From the NCBI GenBank assembly GCA_965235115.1, contig OZ249436.1:34908001-34972000 (forward strand): a stretch of 64,000 nt of DNA, in the 5' to 3' direction. This stretch comes from Laetmonice hystrix (Eukaryota). The notes beneath the pieces were generated by a model that worked only from the letters and a program-made list of their open reading frames with translations, made no database searches and was not told the DNA's origin. Shown here one piece after another: positions 1 to 12,291 of this stretch; the first letter of the stretch is position 1; each line of letters begins with the position of its first letter. Both the position numbers and the translations under genes were made by a program.

Positions 1-3000
1 GTGGGGGGTGGGGAGTCTGTACCGCTGAGGTCAGCTCAAACTTTTCTCGTTTATACAACCTCCGCATGGAACAAGTTATTTCGAAACCCCCAACCTAAGA
101 CGGTTTATTTATAATACTCTCATGCCCTGGACTCTTGCTGATGCACAGATAATTTCGACCTTCAATGGACAGAACAGGTCACGAGATTCTAGCTTCATGC
201 GGCGTGCAAAACTTCAATTAGAGTTCTATTAAAAGTTCTTCTAATGGAATGTCGGGCCTACTAATAAAACACTTACAAACGCTCGAACAAATTAAAAAGA
301 AAAAGTCGGCTGGCACAGTTGAGATTGTTTGCACCTCACAAAACGTTGCGTCGCTATAACGCTAAGAAGGTCATCACTCATTTAGCATCTTAACTGAGGA
401 GGAGGATCACGCAATAGTCCGTCTCCGGCGTCAGTCCGACAACGTGCCCCGGCCACCGACCCTCAACCCCCACTCCCACCCCCACCTCACCCACACACCG
501 AGCCAAACAGATCCATCATTAGTTTAGGCAGTTGAAGGAAGGAAACCTAAAAGAATGGCAGTGACGGGAAGGGGAGGTTGATGGACATGCGTATCAATGC
601 CACATAAAGCTCTTAATCCCCGTCTTCCGTTCGTCTGAGGATATAGCGCGGGGATGGGGATTTAAAACAGACATGTGAGAAGATCCTTCGACGTGTGTGT
701 CTGCCTTGACCGGGCGACGCCTATCTTGTAAGTGCGCCTCCAGTGGTTCTAATATATAACGTATAGAACAATTTTTTCTCTCCATAGTTCAATGTACAAC
801 AATGTCACCATTCCATCCATAGGATACGTTTTTAACAAATGTAGGGCCCCACTGGCATAGAGTGATGACTCAGTTATTGGTGCAGCTGCTCATACAGATG
901 AAATCTATGCGGTTCAAAAATCAAATTCCTGACCCAGCACGCATTGGCTGCACCTTACAACTGCCTATAAATTAGATCAGTCAAGCATCACAGCAAAATG
1001 CGGTCTAAATCCAGAATATTGAGATAACCCAACGTAATTTTCTCTTTAATCAATGATCACAACGAACATAAATACATCGAGGACTTGCATGGGTCCACCA
1101 GCTGAATGGCCTCTCCGCACACAAATATTGCGTGCGGGCATTTATCGGCGCTAGGCGGCGCTGCGGTATCTTGGGGGACTCGTCACGAAGAGGGCACCCT
1201 CGGGGAAAGACGTCCTCGTAGACCGCGGCAGTTAGGTTTACAGCACAGTGACCTGGGCAAGCCATGGGACCTGCTAGGACGGTGCGGTCATTTCACCCTG
1301 AGAACCTTTACAATATATTCATGTGAAGAAGGGGTTCTTACAATCTGTAGTAGCCTAACATTTGCCTAATTAGCTGGGCACTGTTCCCTCTGTTGGTGGC
1401 CTTATACTGGTCCACATAGTTGTCAGAGTAGACATGTAGGTCTACTATATGGCATGGAGGACGTAGTATATGGGCCTCGTGGGTCAACACAAGAGCCATC
1501 CATTTACTGTGAAGCGTGGTTTTTATTGTATCATATCGCCCCTTGAAAGTGTCTGACAACGATCGCCATACAAACACCCGAACAACCGCAATAGTGTGAT
1601 TTTATTATTTTCCGAGTTTTGAAGGAGTTTCATGGCGTAGACACAACGCTGGCCCTATGTTGGTTTAACCGTTAACGCCATGACCTAGAATCAAACATGA
1701 ACCAACGTTCACGTTGTTCCTACGTCGTATACCTTCTATCAGGTAATAGGTTTAGGCCTAATGGCAATGCTAATTTGTCTTTTATCAAATCTAGTCATGA
1801 AAGTATGAGTGCTATCTTGTCAGACGACGTTACGTCATACGGTGCGGGCCAGCTGCCGACGTTACGCGATTTTCTGCGCTGATAAACCAAAGTAATGGTC
1901 TACTGTCGATGGTTGACAGAGCACCGTAATCCTAGCGTTGTCTTCCTCAATGCACGGACTAATGTGACAAGAATGAGATTAGATAAGGGCTCAGCACAGG
2001 GTGGCGGGGAAGTGGATGGATGGCCCGTAATGATTCAGTCTGCATATCGCCGCAGAACATCGGTCCCTCGCTCCAGTCTCCCTCCATTGCACACGCGCGC
2101 TGACGAAGCGATTAGCGCCATTGTGCATGATAACAAAAGCATGGACCGATAAAGACTGCAAACTGAATGCTTCGCGAGGATTACAGCACCAGCCCATTGG
2201 AGACCAGCGCCATGTACGTCTTTGATGGACTCCTTCTTGTGTGTTGGGGGATCAAGATATGGTTGCAATCCATATTCATGGTTTCATTCTTGTGTTCGTC
2301 GATAAAGAGCCTCAGAGGAGACCACAAAATGTGTGTGGGAATGAAAAACGGCATCCACGCTTTTTAGGCGACAATTCAAAGCCGTTGCCTGGTCCTCTCT
2401 ATGCAGAGGTTCGACCAAGATAACTGGTTTCGTTTTTAGGGGATGCAAGGACGAGTGCTTACGAAGAATGAACATATGCCTTTCCCCTAACATGTCATGA
2501 ATAGACATGTCAAATAAATCAGCAAGAGATAGCGAGTATATTCATGGCCATGCCGATGAGGGGCTGGGTGTACCAGGGCTGTTCTTGAAGACTGCTTGCA
2601 GGAGAGAGATCGCCCTTTAAAAGTAAAATGCAAGTTGCGTATTCACCAATTATAGCGACGCGTTTAGACGATTGTTTTCTTACTTCCCAAAGTGTTATCT
2701 GATTGAAGCCATCGCCGTCGACTTCATGAAGATTGTTTCCTTTCATGAAAATTTACGTGGGATTCGCACCATTTTTGCACTTTATTTTCATTTCTTTCTA
2801 TTTCCTTAAATAATTTGTTTCATCTTTAAATTTGCCAGGACCATCTCAAGCCAATTTGCCGCATCGATGTTTATCGGCAGGAGATCTGGCCCATTGGCGT
2901 AAATTTTCATTCGCATTTATCAATGGGCAGAGACTCCAATGAATCTGCATGTTGTCGATGGCAGCCAATCCTTGAGATGGAGACGTGTTATCCTTCACTT

Positions 3001-4181
3001 AACGTATCTCCACCCGACCAAACACAGCCACGTGAGTCCGTCTCTCTGCACGCTTGGTTGGAGTCGGCGCGTTTGTCACTGAACATGTCAACAGAGGGCG
3101 CTAATGTGCTGTACAAACGTCTTCTGCTCAGTGAAGCACGACAGACGATTAGACGAGCCGACTTCGCCATGGAGATTTATCCGTGTGACACACCGCTGTT
3201 CGTCTTGAATCTGATTAGTCTCCTGAGTCCATCCAATACGTTATTTTACAACCATCATGAGCATCAGGTTTATATTCTTGGCGTAAGATAGGTCTATATT
3301 GCTCACCTATATTATATGCCATATCAAAACAGACTACATTTGTATATTGTGATGGTGGATCAGGTGCTGGAGAGATCTGCGTGACGATTGTTATCAAAGA
3401 TATATGAATAATATGTCAATCACCAACTCCGAGAAAAAAAATGTCATTTACGTCATACGGATACGTCAATACGTCTGACGGAAGTCAATGTCGTAAACTG
3501 TTACAGGGCCACACATATTTTTGCAGAAAGCGGTCATATATTTTACAGTTTAGTCTATGTTATACATGAATCAGCAATGACTAAAGAACCATCTCTCACT
3601 GGTAGATGTCATCGTGGTCGACCAGCAACACCTATGTGTCCCAGATCTACGTGCAGTGTATAGTTTTGCTGGCTGTCGTGACTACGCACACTATGTGTTG
3701 CGAGCTCTAGGGAGGTTTCTTTAAGGCCCAGAGATGGCGGGCGGGGTTGGTAAATAATTGATGTAGAATTCGCTGCGAATCGTAAAGAAGAAACTGGCAA
3801 AGTTATCTGGGCCATGAATGTTTCATCCGAAGACCGAGAGAAAGCCCGGCTGATGGGAGAAAGGAGGCATGAGGACATGGCGTGGGTTTCTTCCCGAGAG
3901 GCGCGAATGCCTCCTATTAATAAAGCATTAGATCTCAAAAGATTGCCAGACGTCCTTAATGGGACGAATGACGTTTCGTGTTCCGTGCAAATGTTGCTGA
4001 GCTGCAATTTAAGTCGGACTCGGGCATTTAGAGTGTCTGTCATGCAATCAGGGCTGCTGTGAATGTCGTCTGCATACGATTCATCAAAACGGCAACGGGA
4101 ATGATTGGAACGCCAAAATTGATTTGACTGCACCAAATTCGGTCCAGCATCCACGCACTTTTCTAGTATCCACCATCCGAA

Positions 4182-6178
4182 TCAAATACGCCTCTTTTGT
4201 AATTGGGGTGAGAAGTAATTCTTCCATCTGGAGACCAACCCTATACCTGCTTCAGACTTTTCCCGCCAGACCTTCAGTGCTGCAAGGTTCGGTTTCTCCT
4301 CCCTTGGCCTTTGTACCGAGGATTTCTGCACCCGCCCCAACCCTCCATCTCGACGTCTGAATTGAGAGATACGTTGGCCACATTTCATCATAGAAAAAAG
4401 TTCTTATAAGGTAAGCCTGCGTGCATTGTCGAAGTATATTATGCACATGCGATCGAAAACTAGATTTGCCATGCCCATTCTATTTACATTCTCCAACCAA
4501 CCACAATTATGTCTCCAGTCGTAATTGGACCACTATACTTTTAAATTCTATTTCTATTTCAACAGAGCAATTAACCAAGTTAATTTCGCAAACAATTTTA
4601 CATGAGGAAAGGGTACGTGATCAATTTTAGAGCCTGCACTTGTATTTTCTGTGCCACCTGCACCCGTATACAGTGGCTCGTCTGTTTACAGATACACACT
4701 GGGTCCCATCCGAACCCACTGAGATCAGGCCAGGCGTTTGTCAGCAGTAGCCGTCCGCAAATAAATGTTGTTTGACTAATGTTAACTCGGAATTAAAAGG
4801 GCACGAGTTCTCCGCATGACCTTACAGGCAGCCCACACCCAGACATACACTCACACACGCACCCAACCAGTGACACGGAGAGAAGAAAACAGATAAAGCG
4901 ACAGCTTGGGGCGAGCAGATAGACAGGATGAGCGAGAGGAGCAGAGTATATGGATATAGCCGGCGGCGGAACATTATAAGGTCGTGTGCTGGAAAAAGAA
5001 GAAAAAGGACATTAGGCGACATGATATACAGCATATAATTCTCGTACCTGATGAACACTGTCAAACCTTCAAGAAATCTTAGACCGCCCGATATTCTATA
5101 CCTAAACCGCCCAAGGCAGCAAGAGTTGGCAGCTGATGCGTTTCCAACAGACTTGAATTGAAGGCTTGGAAACTACGATGGGCCCTACTGTGTGCACACA
5201 CTCGGGTAAAACTTCGGCTTCATGTCACCGAGGAGCAGAGGCTGTACCAACGGCTCGCGGTTAACCAAAGTAGACAGCTATGGAAGGCCAAAGGGTAGGG
5301 TGATGATAAAACTAACTTTCTGATAACGCTCTAAGCCTGGGTATGCTTTGTTTAGCGATCACTGATATGTGATACAGTTTGACTCTGACAGGCACGTACA
5401 TGGAATCGGTGAGGCGTACATTAAAGGCGTCACGAAACCTCACATCTACCAGTTCAACCAGACCTCTGGACTTTGAAACAGCTATACTAGCTCGTAGCGG
5501 TAGGTAAAAAATGGGATTCGCCAAAAACGTTAAAGGTACACTTCGACACCATAGCCTGCAGGGATACAGTTTCGGACTGAACCAAACAGGCGGAAAGGGC
5601 TCCGGGTAAAAAATAACATACAGACAGAACCAGCATGTGTTTTTTGTATGTTAACAGAACTATGGGTTACCATCCGGGACATATCACGCCAGAGTTATGT
5701 CTCAGTCACGCCATGAACGTCCTATGTTTACTAAAGCATGTGCATCATTATGAACGGCCATGAGGCCGAGCACACCCAGCTCTCCACCTGAGCAGATTCA
5801 CCTTGAAAACGGATAGACCTGGCGAGCGCTCAAACTCAAAAGGTGAATCAGTCTCTAAAATGAGAATGCGTTGATTCGTGTGCGTGTCGCCAGGGCTGGG
5901 AGTGTAAGCAGAGCTGCTCCATGAGGCCGAGATAGAACATGCTATATACGGAAAGTGATACGACATACTTCACCTTAAAACCGGAGCCCGCCTTCCCTGA
6001 CCGTCATTCCGGTCACACACATACACTCCAAAGGTAAGTCGGCGTCTGTAGGGTATATACGGGAGAGAGAGGAGAGAAAAAACGGTAACGCTATACTGTA
6101 TTCACCAAACACAGTTAAAACGTTGTACCTGTTTGATTCCATCCATTTCAAGATGAAAGTGTTCATCTTTGCGTTCAT
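4182..6178 (-). CDS. Hand-built 5-exon gene, about 168-aa basic protein of unknown function
   Basis: Exons 6178-6129, 6045-5974, 5555-5400, 5101-5048, 4356-4182. All four introns are GT..AG and phase 2; internal exons are 72, 156 and 54 nt. Spliced ORF reads MNAKMNTFILKWMESNRRRLTFGVYVCD...LWCRSVPLTFLANPIFYLPLR...YRISGGLRFLEGLTVFIRRRDGG...QKRRI*. No recognisable domain. Confidence 0.45.
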
Positions 6179-7049
6179 CTTTGGCGTGCCAACAACGTCG
6201 GACACTATAATCACGACAACCGTAGGTATACAGTGTACACCTAAAGCTGGCCCCGGCTCGTAATATACAAATCTGTTTATTTAATACAGGGTTCCATTAT
6301 GCATATTATGAAATACTTCGTACACACTTGCACTTACATGGGCGTACTACAGAGTCATACATATCTTCAGCATGCGTGTATACGTTTATGCCCCGTACCT
6401 CCCCATGTACATCTTCAGCCTGTGTGTATAGACGGGCCTTAGCATGCATGACATGTACTCACATACGATATGAAGACATGCATGTCATATACCCATCATT
6501 ATTATGCATAGCATACGTAGACAATGTATGCTTGATCAGACATCAGCCCTAGGATCTGTGCTGTGTAGTTTGCCACTTCAAGCCGGAGGGATCCCCTGCC
6601 TGGCTCAATTTGTCACCAAATCCTGCAGGTGACTCGAACGGGCTGGACATCCATCAACACGTTTCCCAATTTCCGGGATTTCTCACTCCGTGTCGAGGTT
6701 ACCCTCCCTGTCAATCAGTCTTACGCTTAGCCCTTTCTCTGGAAATCACAGGGACACTCTTGACATTTTGTCCCTTGTGGTAAACAGTTTCCAACGTGTT
6801 TCCACGGCCTAGACCGGCTTAGCAATCTTGCTTTGAATTGTTACCCCATACAACGTTTGTCATAATTTCTCGGTCAGTTTTGCTTCATGACGCCTTATAC
6901 CTGTAAATGTATTTTTAACCTTCTAAAGGGGCAATGTGGCAACAGTTGATCAGTTAAGTCTATTATAGCATGGATCACGCAATGTGGTAAAAATTTGAAT
7001 TTCTATAATTATGTTTCAGACGCTACGGCATGGGACAATGTGGTGAACA

Positions 7050-8528
7050 ATGCGAGGATGGTACATGATGTGGAAAGGAGCGGCAGTTTTCGTCTGCTGC
7101 TCTGCTTACGTCACAGTCATGGTCGTCATGAAGATGGCGGCCGAAAGACATTTCACTGCAGGCCGCCGCCTTTACGTAATGGACGGGGGCGACAAAAGTA
7201 AGGGCAGCCGGTCGCCAACACCAGCTGCCACCCATACGCCCTCAACGTCTCGATCTGGCTGTGCTCTTCAGCCATCGCTCCAGGGAGGAGGTAACGAGGA
7301 AATAATAGTCTGTAGTGATATCAAAGGATCTTCAAACACTGGTGATTTCCGGACAAAATCGGCCAGTGACAAACCCAGAACATATGGCGAGACAATAATG
7401 AAACTAGATAGTTTCCGCCGTCGCTCCCATGAGATGTCGGATGATTTGGAGGCTGAAGCGACCATACCGTCCGATGACTTGCCCCCTCTCCTGGGTGACG
7501 TGTTCAACATGATCGACAGCGCCAAGGCCCTAAGCGCTGACGCTGCACGCGACCAGGCCGTTTCCAGCCGAAATAACGCCGACCCATTTCCCGGTAAACA
7601 CGTTAAAAACCGCGTCCAGGGTAAACCGTGGGATTACTCAATAACCCTGGCGGTGGATCAGTCTCATCTGTGCCAGTCAGGCGACGAGGAAAAGCCTGTC
7701 CCAGGGCCCTTTCTATTCATATTAATCCATTCCCATCCCTCCCACAGATATCGGCGAAATGCCATACGCGACACATGGGGCGGCGTGGTCAAAAATTACA
7801 CCAACGTGCCGCGAATTGTCATTGGCTTCCTCCTTGGTAGCCCCGAAGTAAACGTAGATGGCAACCGATTGGCCCGGGAGATATCGTTATATCGTGACAT
7901 CATTCAGTACGACTTCAGGGATGGATACGGCAATCTGACGCTCAAGTCTGTCCTTGCCTTGAGCTGGATTCATAACTTCTGTCCACAAGCAAAGTTTGTG
8001 CTAAAAACGGACGACGATGTATATTTTAATATTTCGAAATTACTTGGAATATTAACACAAGAGCGCAACCATACCTTACTCATGGGCTCTATGAACCCCA
8101 GTTCGCAGGTTCAACGTTTTGGACAGTGGAAGGTCCGGGAGAAAATCTACCCAGGACCAACATATCCGCCATATTGCTCCGGGGCTGCCTACGTCATGTC
8201 AGCGGATGTATCGGACGCCCTCTATCGGGAACACTGTAAAACAGCAGGGCGCTATGACCTACTTGTACCGATAGAGGACGTCTATGTAACTGGGGTCCTG
8301 GCCACCAAGGTAGGAGTGACCTGCAAGAATAACCGCTACTTTCCAAGCTGGACTACAGTCCCCTCCCCCAAATCCGTCTTCAGATTTCTCAGGGGAGACA
8401 TTCTCGGCGTCCATGGATTATCCCACTCGGGAATGTATGGATTATCTAAGATCGTCAAGCAGTGCCGTGGTTGCCATTCAAATATGAAAGTCCTCCGGAA
8501 GTGGTTTTCCTTATTGGCTGGGTCTTGA
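7050..8528 (+). CDS. Beta-1,3-galactosyltransferase-like protein (GT31/Galactosyl_T), type II membrane protein, single coding exon
   Basis: 492-aa ORF with an N-terminal hydrophobic anchor, a long stem and GT31 motifs: RRNAIRDTWG, DIIQYDFRDGYGNLTLKS, FVLKTDDDVYFN (DxD), YPPYCSGAAYVMS, EDVYVTG. Acceptor tttcag ends at 7019 upstream of the ATG; AATAAA at 8542 and further downstream. Confidence 0.93.
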   Translation: MRGWYMMWKGAAVFVCCSAYVTVMVVMKMAAERHFTAGRRLYVMDGGDKSKGSRSPTPAATHTPSTSRSGCALQPSLQGGGNEEIIVCSDIKGSSNTGDFRTKSASDKPRTYGETIMKLDSFRRRSHEMSDDLEAEATIPSDDLPPLLGDVFNMIDSAKALSADAARDQAVSSRNNADPFPGKHVKNRVQGKPWDYSITLAVDQSHLCQSGDEEKPVPGPFLFILIHSHPSHRYRRNAIRDTWGGVVKNYTNVPRIVIGFLLGSPEVNVDGNRLAREISLYRDIIQYDFRDGYGNLTLKSVLALSWIHNFCPQAKFVLKTDDDVYFNISKLLGILTQERNHTLLMGSMNPSSQVQRFGQWKVREKIYPGPTYPPYCSGAAYVMSADVSDALYREHCKTAGRYDLLVPIEDVYVTGVLATKVGVTCKNNRYFPSWTTVPSPKSVFRFLRGDILGVHGLSHSGMYGLSKIVKQCRGCHSNMKVLRKWFSLLAGS

Positions 8529-11500
8529 CCGTCAAGATTTCAATAAAGCCAAGCCAGGCATGCAAGGTGCTACAAATTTCCTTCGATTTCTTTAAATCAG
8601 ACTAAAGAATTCAGGCTTTCCACGCAGGCAATATTAAACCTATGGCAGTCCAACAAGGGTTCTACTAAATAGGCCAAGGCTGGTCAGTGTTCTCACTGCA
8701 ACAAGGCCAATACGAAAACAGGAAACAATATGCCACATTACATACGGGGCCTACCTGAATAAAGTCTAAACTTGAACAACACGAAAGAAAGCCGATCTGC
8801 CGATGACACAGTTTGCGTGATTCAAGGCCCTGAGAAAGGCACTAGCTCAATCAGGCGATATCTCCGCAAAGAGCTGGTGATTATTTATTTTGAGAGTGAC
8901 CTATGGTGGAATTTGATTGAACACACACGGCATGAAGAACCCTAATTTTGTAAGGGGTCCGAACTGGAGCCTACCCCAGACTAAACTCATTTGGTTCCTT
9001 TTTAATAATGTCGTACCACCATTATTCTGTGTAAATGTTAATAAAAGATTTGTGAGCGTGTGCAGATATATGTGTGAATGAATTTATTTCTTGAAGTAGT
9101 TTATATAATAAAGTGGGGGGGGGGGCTTGTTTGTAAATAAATGTAACTGAACCTTTATGTGCTGCCTTTACTTTATAGCCAACCATCCCAATAAAATATT
9201 AAAAGAAGGCTTACTTGGCCTATACTACAGGTAGGTTATAATCAACAGAAGGAATCCCATTAGACCTATTTGACCGTCACCCCGTAACTTTTCAGAATAG
9301 AAAGTTAAACTTATTACTGTTTACTGGTATACAATAGTGTTTCTCAGATATTTTAGGCTGTATTGACAATCCATAATGTGCGGGCACTAATCGAGCTCTT
9401 CAATCCCAGCGTACAGCAGGAACCTTTCGCTTGCCATGCAGTTTGCGATCCCTGCTGGACGGTTCCCGCACACCGAACGATGCGACATCTGGCGGACACT
9501 GGTGATACTACGAGAGAACCTGCTATTTTCAGCTCGTTCATCTGGTGGACCCACCACCAGCATAGCCAGGGTAGGTCGGGATTCACTCGGAAATTTGACG
9601 TCACTTCCTGCTATTCCAAAATACCCTCGGGTGAATTGAGCGCCATTATAAAACCAGATACATGGCGAAATGGACCTGGGTAGCGAGGCACTGAGTGAAC
9701 CGACATATCCAATCGAGCCAGAAAGTAGTGCATTATTGAAACCTGCTCCGTCGGCATTGAGGGCGTGTCGGTGGCTACTTGTATCATGAACAATATGATA
9801 CTGTCGTAATATTGCCCACTGGCTTTGAGAAGGCCTATTTTAGTTGCTTCCATGCCTGATGCAGACAAAATACTGTAAGCACTGCCATGATGGCCAGAGT
9901 CTCGGCTCAATGTACCCGCGGTGCAATGCTCAAAATGGCGCTGAATTCACCCGAGGCTACTTTCGAAAAAATGACCGAGGATTCTCGATTGCGTAGGTCC
10001 ATAGCGCAGCAGCTGTAGCAGAGCGCAGAGTGACTAGTGCATGGAATTTTCTGATTGGCTGTTCTGTATATAGATCCAGCAGCAGTTTGAACTTGGGATA
10101 GACCCAACCCCGGGAAACCACGAAGCGAATAAAATAGAATAGGTACTACAACTACAGACATGTACGTCCAGGCTACTGGGGTATCAACATCCTTCTCCAT
10201 AGACTTAGTTGGACTAGAAAATATTGACCCTTCGTGGCGGTCCGCCGCCATCTCGACAGTTGTCATCTCTAGAGTTTCCAGTGATATGCGTATACAAACC
10301 CACTTTCGTAACGGGAATTCCCTATGAAAATGGCTGCTGCGCTACAATCCCACTCTGCGCTCCAATTTGCTGAAATGGCCGGTCACTGATCTTGCACAGG
10401 ACCCTGGGTAAGCCGCAGGGGGCCAGGCTAACGAGGACACCGCTTGCCGAACTAAGCCTATATATTTCTTTTGAGAAGCTAGAGGACTATGGCGGATTTC
10501 CCCGTGACACCAGCCGAACCGGTCCATGGTTAATCCAAAGACAAACAACCAGCTGCGTGACGCCCCTCTTCGATAGGCCTAGGCCTACTTTATGTCACTG
10601 GTGTAGTAACCTAACGAGTGAGGTGGCGCGCATGTTCCTATTTGGGCCGTGAGTGATATGTAATCCGTAAGAGTCCTTTCTCCGAACGACCCGAAGATTG
10701 CCAAAAGGACTCGAGCGTGAGAATGGCTTTATCTTTCAACTGAGAATTGGGCTCAGAGCTTGTCAGGGATCACCAATCATAACAATCGAAACTACCGAGC
10801 CATTTCCGGTTTACTTTAAATTGCTATTCGGGAAATAGGCTCGGACAGTAAAAGTGTAGAAATTCTACGGATATTTAACGGCAATCCGCCGAGGGTGTGG
10901 TGAGGTCTCTGATCCAGCCGATTGAAAAAGTAGTGCAGTCGATTGACCACCGGGTTTCGGTGTTGTGTGCATATAAACAACTTTTCACCAACTGTAGATC
11001 TACATATTGATAATGAGCAAACAAGTAACAGGTTCACATAATTCGATGTCACAATACGATTTCGGCAGTCCGACTTTTCCCATAATGGCGGCGCCCACGA
11101 TGACAACATGTCGTCTAGTGTACACGTGTGCGATAGATTACGCCTGCAATGGAGAGCCTTGGAAGATGTTGTATTTCTAAGTGCGGTACACTATTTTAGC
11201 GACAGCATGTAACACTGCCATTTTGAAAATAGTTTTGTGGCGTCAGCCGAGAAAGATGGCGTTCTTACTATACGAGTCTATATCCCAAAATGGACTCGGT
11301 CGTTCCGATTGCAATCGTAAATTAGGCCTACAATGTAGGTCAAGAAGTAGAAAGAGAGGTGGCAGGAATCAACTCTATATTAATTTTGCCTTCTTCTTCG
11401 TCCCCCTTCCGATACACCCTACATGTGGTTTCCCTGTCTGCAAGAAAATTGCAAAAATAGGTCGCTCCATGGAGTGGATCAAGGTGTTGAGTGTCCTGTG

Positions 11501-12291
11501 TGAATTTCACCTTCGTACGACCCTCCACGGGAGAGTAATATGATTTGCTATAGTCCCTCTTCTATAGCCTTGTGTTATTGGTCCATGCCAATTCTGATTA
11601 GGGCTGCATGGCCTACAGATCAAACACAGCTGACGTCGCTCCATAAGGAACTTATCTCACTCGTCAGCCTGAAGTCTACCACACCTGTTCGCCACAACCA
11701 CGCAATGAGGCCAATCCGTCTCTTTTATCGGCTCAAAGTAGTGGCCATGCATGCATGGCTAGACAATCGGGGACTGGAATTGGTTTTAAACAAGGAATTA
11801 CAAACACCTTTGTTATAATTACCACTCCTGAGTTGGTCGATACCTCTCGCTCATCGGAGACTGACGTATGTTCCGTTTATCATACAGATCCATTGATACT
11901 GGACTTTAATAACTGGGAACGCTTGGGATCGGGTGGCATTTAGGGAATAGATCTAAGCCTAGTTCGACCACACCAAGAGGTTTTTAGTGAATGGTCGATA
12001 GGCCTATATTCATCTCAAGAAATTCATTTCCAATAGGCCTATAGATACGGATTTTCAACAAAACACCACCCGTACAGTTATCAGTTAAGTCTACAGTAGT
12101 ACAGAAAGTCCGAAGAAGACTAGGCCTAATCTAGAATAGAAATTACATCTTTGGATGTCGGCACTGCGATCCCCTAGCAACCTGGACAGTCATGGGCTAC
12201 TCTAGGCCTAGACGGGTCCGAAATGGAATAGACCTCGATCATTCGAAACTCCATCTTTTGGCCCTCTAGTGGCTAAACCCAGCCTTAAAAC

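Noticed and set aside
594..3400. Cluster of short ORFs
   Set aside because: No motifs and no phase-consistent exon chain found by eye.
5802..5854. Extra 53-nt exon candidate in the 5-exon gene
   Set aside because: It has AG/GT borders but inclusion gives an immediate stop in the model frame. It is either spurious, a poison exon, or a sign that the 5' part of the model is wrong.
9612..9968. Imperfect 35-bp inverted repeat pair, and a similar diffuse one at about 52364-52963
   Set aside because: Probably decayed TE interiors; no termini or TSD could be defined.
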